A program made the translations under genes and the position numbers. A stretch of 32,069 bases of DNA from a virus: positions 1-32,069 of the IMG/VR virus record IMGVR_UViG_3300045988_166554. One strand, given 5' to 3'. The notes under the pieces are model-generated. The model had not been told where the DNA came from. It saw only the letters and a list, made by a program, of their open reading frames with translations, and did no database searches. Each line of letters begins with the position of its first letter. Position 1 is the first letter of the stretch. Below, piece by piece: positions 25,962-32,069 of this stretch.

Positions 25962-26555
25962 ATGAAAGATAATCAATATTTAATGCCATTGAACATTCAG
26001 TTGTTTGCTGAAGGAGGAGATGGTAATGTGGTTACTGATGGTACCGAAAATCCAACAGATGGCAATTCAATTGAAAATAAGCAAGAAAAAACTTATACAC
26101 GAGATGAATTAAACAAAATTATTTCAGCTGAAAAGGAAAAAGTAAAAGCAGAATTAATAAAAGATGCCGAAGCGAAGAGAACCGAAGCTGAAAAGTTAGC
26201 AAAGATGGATGCCGAAGAAAAACATAAGTATGAACTAGCAAAAGCTGAAAAAGAAAAAAATGATGCTTTGGCAAAATTAAATGCTTATGAATTAAAGGAA
26301 CAGGCAACCAAAATTGCAAATGAAAAGGAATTGGATATATCCTTACTTGATATCATTGATTATTCAAAAGAAACTGCTGATAGTGTTAAAGAAAAGATTG
26401 AAAGTATAGATAATGCTTTTAAAAAAGCAATCGAAAAGAGAGTCAATGAAAAATTACAAGAAAAAAGTCCAAGAAATGTAACATCTGCTTTATTGAATGC
26501 AGATAGGGAATATTTAAAAAATAAATACAAAAATAATCCTTATTTTAAAGGATAA
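25962..26555 (+). CDS. scaffolding protein
   Basis: The ATG at 25962 has an AGGAGGAAG RBS. N-terminus MKDNQYLMPLNIQLFAEGG, the common scaffold leader. Lys/Glu-rich coiled coil. Precedes the capsid gene. Confidence 0.75.
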   Translation: MKDNQYLMPLNIQLFAEGGDGNVVTDGTENPTDGNSIENKQEKTYTRDELNKIISAEKEKVKAELIKDAEAKRTEAEKLAKMDAEEKHKYELAKAEKEKNDALAKLNAYELKEQATKIANEKELDISLLDIIDYSKETADSVKEKIESIDNAFKKAIEKRVNEKLQEKSPRNVTSALLNADREYLKNKYKNNPYFKG

Positions 26556-26576
26556 GAAAGAAAGGAATGATAAAAT

Positions 26577-27434
26577 ATGGCAGTATTATATGGAAGCCAA
26601 CACGTAGATGAAAAGTATTCATCAACAATTGAACCAAATTTATATTCAGACACAGTCTTAATACCAGGAGTAACTTATACAGATAAGTATCAAGTAGGTC
26701 CTGCAGGGGGCATTTATGTTCATAAAATCAAGAAAGGAAATAAAGTAACAGTAGGAACACCAGGCAGAGATTTTACTGATGAAGCTGCAGCAGATGACTT
26801 AATACCTATTATTTTTAATAATAATTTCCAAAAATCAAGAAAAATTTATGGGGTACAAGCTAAAGCGGTTTCATTTGCAATGGGAGAAGAGTATTTAACT
26901 GATAGTTTAAATCAAACTAAAGAAGCACGCCAATATTCAGGAATTGCTTGTATGGTTAATGAAGGTACAGTTTCAACAGATACAGCAGCAACTACAAAAG
27001 CTAATCTTGTTGATAAATTAACAGCATTAAGAAAGGCAATAAAAGATGCAAAAGGTAAAGCAAATTTTGCATTAGTTTCGACTGATATTTATGCTATGGC
27101 ATTATCTACATTAGGATTACAATCAGTTCAAGATCCTGCTATTGTAAGTGGAGAACTTATCAAAAGATTTGGATTAAACATTATTGAATGTAATTCATTT
27201 GATGAAGAAACAGCAAAATATTATGATAAAACAGGCACACTTAAAACAGTTGATTTAACAGATGTTGAAATGATTGTAGGTTATCATGAAGCATTCTCAT
27301 TATTAGATAATATGGAAATGTATAGATTAATTGATAGTGAAAACTTTAATGGATCTAAAGCACAAGTTGAATATAACTCTGGTATGACAGTAAATAGTCC
27401 AGAACAAATAATTGTAAAAAAAAAAGTAGCGTAA
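26577..27434 (+). CDS. major capsid protein
   Basis: 285 aa. Lies directly after the scaffold gene. Ends in ..IIVKKKVA, encoded through a 9-10 nt A-run. Confidence 0.7.
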   Translation: MAVLYGSQHVDEKYSSTIEPNLYSDTVLIPGVTYTDKYQVGPAGGIYVHKIKKGNKVTVGTPGRDFTDEAAADDLIPIIFNNNFQKSRKIYGVQAKAVSFAMGEEYLTDSLNQTKEARQYSGIACMVNEGTVSTDTAATTKANLVDKLTALRKAIKDAKGKANFALVSTDIYAMALSTLGLQSVQDPAIVSGELIKRFGLNIIECNSFDEETAKYYDKTGTLKTVDLTDVEMIVGYHEAFSLLDNMEMYRLIDSENFNGSKAQVEYNSGMTVNSPEQIIVKKKVA

Positions 27435-27661
27435 GCTACGTTGTATCTTATGATGTAAATGGTGGCACAGGCTCTATTGCTCCAGTTACTTATACAGGAA
27501 CACCAATAGACCTACCTGATGGAACAGGCTTAACTGGCCCTGAAGGGAAAACAGTATTTAAAGGATGGGCTAAAACATCCACTGCACAAAGTGCTACAGT
27601 AACAAGCCCATTTACACCAACTGCAGATACTACATTATACGCTGTTTGGTCAGCAGAATAA
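27416..27661 (+). CDS. -1-frame C-terminal extension of the major capsid gene (no start codon) encoding a Listeria-Bacteroides-repeat (Flg_new / InlB B-repeat-like) domain; probable programmed frameshift product
   Basis: Hand translation of the -1 frame from the A-run to the TAA at 27659-27661: ..KKKSSVSYVVSYDVNGGTGSIAPVTYTGTPIDLPDGTGLTGPEGKTVFKGWAKTSTAQSATVTSPFTPTADTTLYAVWSAE. It matches the consensus Y.V.FD.NGG.......G......P...G..F.GW.......TLYA.W. Exact coordinates are ±1 because of the homopolymer. Confidence 0.55.
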   Translation, partial: KKKSSVSYVVSYDVNGGTGSIAPVTYTGTPIDLPDGTGLTGPEGKTVFKGWAKTSTAQSATVTSPFTPTADTTLYAVWSAE

Positions 27662-27678
27662 TAGAAAGGAGCATCTAA

Positions 27679-28008
27679 ATGGAAAAACTAATCGATGACT
27701 TATTGGAAGAAATAATTGATGATTTAGCAGATAACTATCGTAATGATGAAGATGTTTTATTATCACTGTTGGATGATGTCATAAATGATGCTCTTTCAAT
27801 GTCCAACAGAAAATTTAAACCAGATAAAGAAACACAAATATTATTGTTAAAAAGTAATATAAAAAAAGCTACAAAATCAATTTATTTATTAAGGGGAACA
27901 GAAGATGTTGTTTCTAGTAGTAATAGTGGAACTTCTAATACTTATGAAAATGTTATGGAAACTATGCTTAATGACATTCTTAAACAAGGTAAAAGGATAT
28001 TAATATGA
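27679..28008 (+). CDS. head-tail connector / adaptor protein (gp6 / SPP1 gp15-like)
   Basis: Acidic N-terminus LIDDLLEEIIDDLADNYRNDEDVLLSLLDDVINDA, typical of this family. First gene after the capsid gene. Confidence 0.65.
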   Translation: MEKLIDDLLEEIIDDLADNYRNDEDVLLSLLDDVINDALSMSNRKFKPDKETQILLLKSNIKKATKSIYLLRGTEDVVSSSNSGTSNTYENVMETMLNDILKQGKRILI

Positions 28009-28340
28009 TTCAATTGAGAAAACTAGAAAATTGCATTTTACAGAGTTCGATTAAAGAAAAGCAAAACAATGGAACATGTAAAAATTATTATGTTGATATA
28101 AAGAATTATAAGATTGAATTGCAAGAATTAACGGATCAAGTAAGTGCAAATATATATGGAGCCAATATTAACAAAACATATAGAATTGTATCTCCGTATC
28201 ATGAATTAGAAAATTATTTGCTAACAAAATTAACAAGTAATAGCGAAGACAATATTTCAAAATACTTTATTTCATTTAAAGGCAATAGATATAAAATTGT
28301 AGCTGTTAAAACAGGCTGGATTGATATTGAATTATTATGA
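28005..28340 (+). CDS. head closure / stopper protein (gp16-like)
   Basis: 111 aa. Assignment by synteny. Confidence 0.5.
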   Translation: MIQLRKLENCILQSSIKEKQNNGTCKNYYVDIKNYKIELQELTDQVSANIYGANINKTYRIVSPYHELENYLLTKLTSNSEDNISKYFISFKGNRYKIVAVKTGWIDIELL

Positions 28341-28816
28341 AACCAATTGATAGTTTAAATAAAACAATTTTTAAATGGAGTGGAGTGTTGGAATCCAAAC
28401 TAATAAATGCCCAACAAAAGACTGCTAAAAAAATATGGGAAGACATTGTTTCATCAGCACCAACAAGAAGTGGAGTTTATATTTCTAGTATCAAAGTAGC
28501 CAATACAGAAAAATCTAATGGAATAATTAAAACCTCTATTTTTTCTGATTTGTTGGTTGGAGGAGGTAATCCCAAATGGGCTAAAGTTCCACTTGGAGCA
28601 TTATTGGAATGGGGAACAGGTATAAAAGGTGCTACAAGCAATACATATTCACATGGTTATGGATATAGGCTTACACCATGGTGTTATTATGATGAATATT
28701 TACATATGTTTGTTACCACTGATGGAATGATAGCAAGACCACATTTTCATCCATCTTTGTTAAAAAATAAACAATTTTATTTAAAGGAAATAAGAAAGGC
28801 AATAAAACAAAAATGA
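28337..28816 (+). CDS. tail completion / head-tail joining protein (HK97 gp10-like)
   Basis: 159 aa. Assignment by synteny. Confidence 0.5.
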   Translation: MKPIDSLNKTIFKWSGVLESKLINAQQKTAKKIWEDIVSSAPTRSGVYISSIKVANTEKSNGIIKTSIFSDLLVGGGNPKWAKVPLGALLEWGTGIKGATSNTYSHGYGYRLTPWCYYDEYLHMFVTTDGMIARPHFHPSLLKNKQFYLKEIRKAIKQK

Positions 28817-29193
28817 AAGAATTAAGAGAATTAATACAGTCACAGCTAAATGGAATTTCTAATGTTGATAGTGGAGTTCCAATTCCAGATGACATTGTTG
28901 AAATTGGAAAAACTTATTTTGGATATGAATTACAAGAGGATAATATTGGAAGTGATATGGAAAACAATTATACTATGCAAGTTAATATAACGGGAAGAAT
29001 AGTTAGAAAAGATAATCCTAATGAAAATACTTTAGAAATAATTGATAATGCTTTGGCAGAAATAAAGAAGAAACTTAAAGGTTTGAATTTTAAATACAGT
29101 TATAAAGATATTACATTAGATAATGGTATAAGAAAAATTCTTGTTACTGGTAATGCTAAATATAACGAAATAAATAAAAAACTTATAATTTAA
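28813..29193 (+). CDS. tail terminator protein (gp17-like)
   Basis: 126 aa. Lies immediately upstream of the major tail protein gene. Confidence 0.5.
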   Translation: MKELRELIQSQLNGISNVDSGVPIPDDIVEIGKTYFGYELQEDNIGSDMENNYTMQVNITGRIVRKDNPNENTLEIIDNALAEIKKKLKGLNFKYSYKDITLDNGIRKILVTGNAKYNEINKKLII

Positions 29194-29230
29194 GAGCTTA
29201 TGCTCTTTTTTCTATGGAGGGAGAAAAATT

Positions 29231-29668
29231 ATGGAAGAAACTTTAGAATATTCTACTTTTAATGGAACAAAACTTGAGTATGCAGAAACAGAAAATGGAG
29301 AAAAAACACAAATAAAAGGACTTACAACTGTTCCTGATATCGGGGGAGAACCAAATGAAGTTGATACTACAACTCTTGATAATACAAAATATGAAACTTC
29401 TAAATATGGTTTAATGCCAGCAGTAAAATTGGCATATGAATACAATTTGGAAGATCCAAGCGCAACCGCTAATATAAAATTAGCGAGTGATTTAGAAGAC
29501 TCTGGAAAAACTTATTACTGGTGGTTAACATTTCCAAATGGAATTATTATTTCATATAGAAGTGCAGTAAGAACAGATATTAAGGGTGGTTCTAGTGGAG
29601 ATTTATTAAAATTTGGAATGTATCATAATCCTGTAAGTGAAATTACAAGGACAATTCCAACAACTTAA
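29231..29668 (+). CDS. major tail protein
   Basis: 145 aa. Strong RBS GGAGGGAGAAAAATT. Lies upstream of the chaperone pair and tape-measure gene. Confidence 0.65.
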   Translation: MEETLEYSTFNGTKLEYAETENGEKTQIKGLTTVPDIGGEPNEVDTTTLDNTKYETSKYGLMPAVKLAYEYNLEDPSATANIKLASDLEDSGKTYYWWLTFPNGIIISYRSAVRTDIKGGSSGDLLKFGMYHNPVSEITRTIPTT

Positions 29669-29755
29669 GATAGGAGGGTATAAAGATAAACTAGATTTGA
29701 TTATTGATATCTTTATACCTTTTTTTATTTATAAAATAGAAAAGGAGAATTTATT

Positions 29756-30139
29756 ATGAATTATTATATTATTACACTTAATGGAGAAGATATTAAGTTA
29801 AGATTAACCAGTGCTGATTCTGTTGAAATAGAAAAGAAAACTGGTGTAAAATTATTAGATTTTATACAAGATTATAGTATAACTACTATAACAACATTAC
29901 TTAAATATATGAGAAGAAGTGATGTGCCTAATTTTAGCGAAAAAGATGCTTTTGTGTTATATGATAGACTAATTGACAATGGATATACGCTTGAAGATAT
30001 TATTTTTAAAGTAATTTATGAAACTTGTGTTGTTTCAGGTTTTTTGAAGAAAAGCGACTTGGAGGACATGGAAAATTTCAAGAAGGAAAGCCAAGCAACG
30101 CTAATGGAAAAGAAAAAACAAGAAATATTACAGAAATAG
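29756..30139 (+). CDS. tail assembly chaperone (gpG-like)
   Basis: RBS AAGGAGAAT. Overlapped near its 3' end by the -1-frame ORF 30025..30414. Confidence 0.7.
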   Translation: MNYYIITLNGEDIKLRLTSADSVEIEKKTGVKLLDFIQDYSITTITTLLKYMRRSDVPNFSEKDAFVLYDRLIDNGYTLEDIIFKVIYETCVVSGFLKKSDLEDMENFKKESQATLMEKKKQEILQK

Positions 30140-30414
30140 TGAATGAGTTATATGATGAATTGTTGAAATTTGATTTAACTTATGAACAGATGTACAAAAT
30201 GACAATTAGAGAATTGTTAAAAACGTTGGAACAAAGAAAAAAAGGACTGGCTTATAAAATGTGGAAAACGGCCAATTTAACAGGAGCTTCAATTGCTGGA
30301 AAAGAATTTCCATCAACTCCCGAAGAAGCATCACCAGAATTATATCCACCTAAAGTCAGTATAAAAATGCCAGACTTTTTAAAAGAAAAATGGTTAAAGA
30401 AGGGAGGTAAATAA
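30025..30414 (+). CDS. tail assembly chaperone frameshift extension (gpGT-like T domain), made by a -1 frameshift from 29756..30139
   Basis: The -1-frame ORF has no proper start (TTG in the ORF track). The slippery heptamer T_TTT_TTG lies at 30040-30046 in the overlap. The ORF ends one nt into the tape-measure ATG (TAATG). Confidence 0.7.
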   Translation: MCCFRFFEEKRLGGHGKFQEGKPSNANGKEKTRNITEIVNELYDELLKFDLTYEQMYKMTIRELLKTLEQRKKGLAYKMWKTANLTGASIAGKEFPSTPEEASPELYPPKVSIKMPDFLKEKWLKKGGK

Positions 30415-32069
30415 TGGAAAAAGAAACATTCGGTGTTGAGCTTGAGCTTATTACAAGTAAATTCAGTCAAAAAATGGAAACAATTAAATCAAAAATAAAT
30501 AATTTTGGTAAAATTACTAAACAAAATTTTAATATTGTAATGCATTTGAATATAGAAACAGCAAAAAGAGATTTGGCATCATTAAAACAGGAATTAATTA
30601 GTTTTGTAAAATCTAAAGATAATTTTGTAAAACCAATAAAAATAGATTTTGATACAGATGGTAATTTAAATTTAGATGAATCAAGTTTAAAAAAATTATC
30701 TACGTATAGTATGAAAAGTCTGAATACAATAGAAAAACTATTAACTCAGATTCAAAGTTTATCACACGACATAAAAACATTTGAAACGAGTAAAATAGCC
30801 AAATTAGGACAAGCGTTCAGCACTATAAAAGCACCTATTGATAAGATAAAAACTTCTATAAAAGCATCTAAAAATGGAATGAATGAATTTAGTTCATCTG
30901 TTAATAAAGCATTTAAGAAAGGAATAGCAAGTGTAAAACGATTTGCACTTTCTTTGTTTGGAATTCAGACAATTTGGAGGGCTGTATCAAGGGCTTCATC
31001 TGCATATTTATCTCAAGATGTAGAACTTTCTAATAAACTGCAAGCAGTATGGATAGGCTTAGGTTCTTTATTAGCGCCACTACTTGAGAAAATAAGTAAT
31101 TTTTTCTTAAAGCTAGTCGGTTATCTTAATGTTTTTATAAGAACATTAACTAATGTTGATTTATTGGCAAATGCTATGGCCAAAGCAAATAGTAATACCA
31201 AAGCAACATCAAACTCATTAAAACAATTAAAGGGGCAATTATCTGGATTTGACGAAATAAACAATATTGCTGATAATAATGCTGATACTGACACGGTTAA
31301 TACAGGTACTGGTTGGACTGATGCTTTTTCTAATATACAATTAGATACAAGTTGGACTGAAATAATTACTAATTTTGGTAATTGGATGAAAGATAACTGG
31401 CCTATTGTAGTAGGATTAATCGGTGGTACAGCTGTTGCCTTAGAACTTGTTAAACTAGGTGTTAAAGGGATAACATCTTTAGGAATAGGAGTTATATTAG
31501 CAGGAATTGTTTATTCAATACACGCTTTAATATCATATATAAAAGATCCTTCATGGGAAAACTTTGGAAAAATTTTAACTGGAATAGGAGTTATATTAGC
31601 AGGATTTGCAATAATAATCGGTGGGTGGCCACTAGCCGTAGCAGCCGCTATTACTTTGGTACTAGGAATTATATTGCAGAACTGGGAAAAGATAAAAACA
31701 TGGCTAAAAACAGCTGAAAATTGGATATATGATAAATTTATTAATCCAATAGAAAAGAAGTTTGGCTTGTTTGGACAATTTATCACAGAACCCATAAAGT
31801 TGGCAATTGATACAGCTAAAAAATTGTTTGGAGGGCTATTTACAGGCGTTAAACAAATTTTAGATGGAATTATACAGATATTTAAAGGCAATTTTAAAAC
31901 AGGAATAGTAAGTGTGTTTAAAGGAATAGGAAATATTTGTATTGCATGCTTAAATACATTAATAAATGGTTTGAATGCAGTTATATCTCCAATAAGGTTA
32001 TTAATTGTGGCAGTAGGAAAAGTTATGGGAAAAAATTGGTCTATGTCTAGCGTTAAAATTCCAACTATA
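30414..32069 (+). CDS. tail tape measure protein (N-terminal ~552 aa; ORF runs off the window and continues at 2..319; ~639 aa total)
   Basis: Hand translation shows no stop from 30414 to the window end. Coiled-coil N-terminus. The central region has several TM helices (GIGVILAGIVYSIHALI; GVILAGFAIIIGGWPLAVAAAITLVLGIIL). Positioned after the chaperone pair. Confidence 0.8.
   Translation, partial: MEKETFGVELELITSKFSQKMETIKSKINNFGKITKQNFNIVMHLNIETAKRDLASLKQELISFVKSKDNFVKPIKIDFDTDGNLNLDESSLKKLSTYSMKSLNTIEKLLTQIQSLSHDIKTFETSKIAKLGQAFSTIKAPIDKIKTSIKASKNGMNEFSSSVNKAFKKGIASVKRFALSLFGIQTIWRAVSRASSAYLSQDVELSNKLQAVWIGLGSLLAPLLEKISNFFLKLVGYLNVFIRTLTNVDLLANAMAKANSNTKATSNSLKQLKGQLSGFDEINNIADNNADTDTVNTGTGWTDAFSNIQLDTSWTEIITNFGNWMKDNWPIVVGLIGGTAVALELVKLGVKGITSLGIGVILAGIVYSIHALISYIKDPSWENFGKILTGIGVILAGFAIIIGGWPLAVAAAITLVLGIILQNWEKIKTWLKTAENWIYDKFINPIEKKFGLFGQFITEPIKLAIDTAKKLFGGLFTGVKQILDGIIQIFKGNFKTGIVSVFKGIGNICIACLNTLINGLNAVISPIRLLIVAVGKVMGKNWSMSSVKIPTI
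32015..32069. repeat. copy of 1..55 (terminal duplication)
   Basis: Exact identity to the window start. Confidence 0.9.

Larger units (their letters stand above)
1..32069. mobile_element. complete temperate siphovirus or prophage genome, circularly closed; unique length ~32014 bp
   Basis: The window contains integrase, a CI/cro switch, a recombination/replication module, terminase, portal, capsid, tail and lysis genes. The first 55 bp equal the last 55 bp. The tape-measure ORF continues in frame across the junction. Confidence 0.8.

Noticed and set aside
1495-31891. Numerous minus-strand ORFs of 60-185 aa lying inside long plus-strand genes. Examples: 1495..1737, 1949..2506, 3702..3938, 5059..5256, 5918..6226, 6762..6986, 7190..7453, 9182..9469 (this one is on the + strand, inside the integrase gene), 10107..10310, 12650..12853, 13425..13730, 14758..14940, 15531..15794, 17359..17640, 17958..18182, 19243..19497, 19296..19487, 22281..22520, 22600..22806, 24649..24915, 26119..26319, 28713..28895, 29212..29445, 30252..30470, 31511..31891.
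   Set aside because: All are antisense to, or out of frame within, well-supported genes. Their products are low-complexity Leu/Phe/Ile-rich, as expected from AT-rich DNA. None has an RBS or its own promoter context.

Overview
The window is a complete, circularly closed genome of a temperate siphovirus or prophage from a low-GC Gram-positive host. It is very AT-rich, with Clostridia-like codon usage. The first 55 bp are identical to the last 55 bp, and the tape-measure gene runs off the 3' end and continues in frame at position 2. The unique length is about 32,014 bp.

Gene order on the + strand:
- Tail tip: Dit-like protein, Tal-like protein, receptor-binding protein, collagen-like fibre.
- Lysis: holin and an M23-peptidase endolysin.
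- Early genes: a cro-like gene, a Xis-like HTH, a DnaD-like replisome organizer, a Sak-like annealing protein, a YqaJ exonuclease, SSB and NinB.
- Late genes: many small Cys-rich or unknown genes, an ArpU-like late activator, then a ~780-bp non-coding cos/pac candidate region.
- Packaging and head: HNH endonuclease, small and large terminase, portal, a MuF-like minor head protein, scaffold, major capsid protein.
- Tail: head-tail connectors, major tail protein, the G/GT chaperone pair, and the tape measure.

A lysogeny block on the - strand holds a short CI-like repressor, a lipoprotein and a tyrosine integrase. A non-coding attP candidate region lies beside the integrase.

The most notable observations:
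- A probable programmed -1 frameshift at a poly-A run at the 3' end of the major capsid gene. It would add a Listeria-Bacteroides (Flg_new / InlB B-repeat-like) beta-domain to the capsid protein.
- A MuF-like minor head protein carrying a C-terminal R-S-E ADP-ribosyltransferase-like domain (MuF polymorphic toxin architecture). A small, translationally coupled downstream ORF follows it.
- The canonical T_TTT_TTG -1 frameshift in the tail assembly chaperone pair.
- A 19-bp operator-like direct repeat at the cro promoter and again at the 3' end of cro.
- Two candidate small transcripts delimited by a promoter and a terminator. One is antisense to a 46-aa ORF whose ribosome-binding site is sequestered.
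- A repeat-rich, GC-richer non-coding region upstream of the HNH/terminase genes that shares a 13-mer with the scaffold upstream region.

No tRNA, rRNA, CRISPR array, reverse transcriptase or transposase was found. Domain calls come from motif recognition by eye and were not checked against any database.
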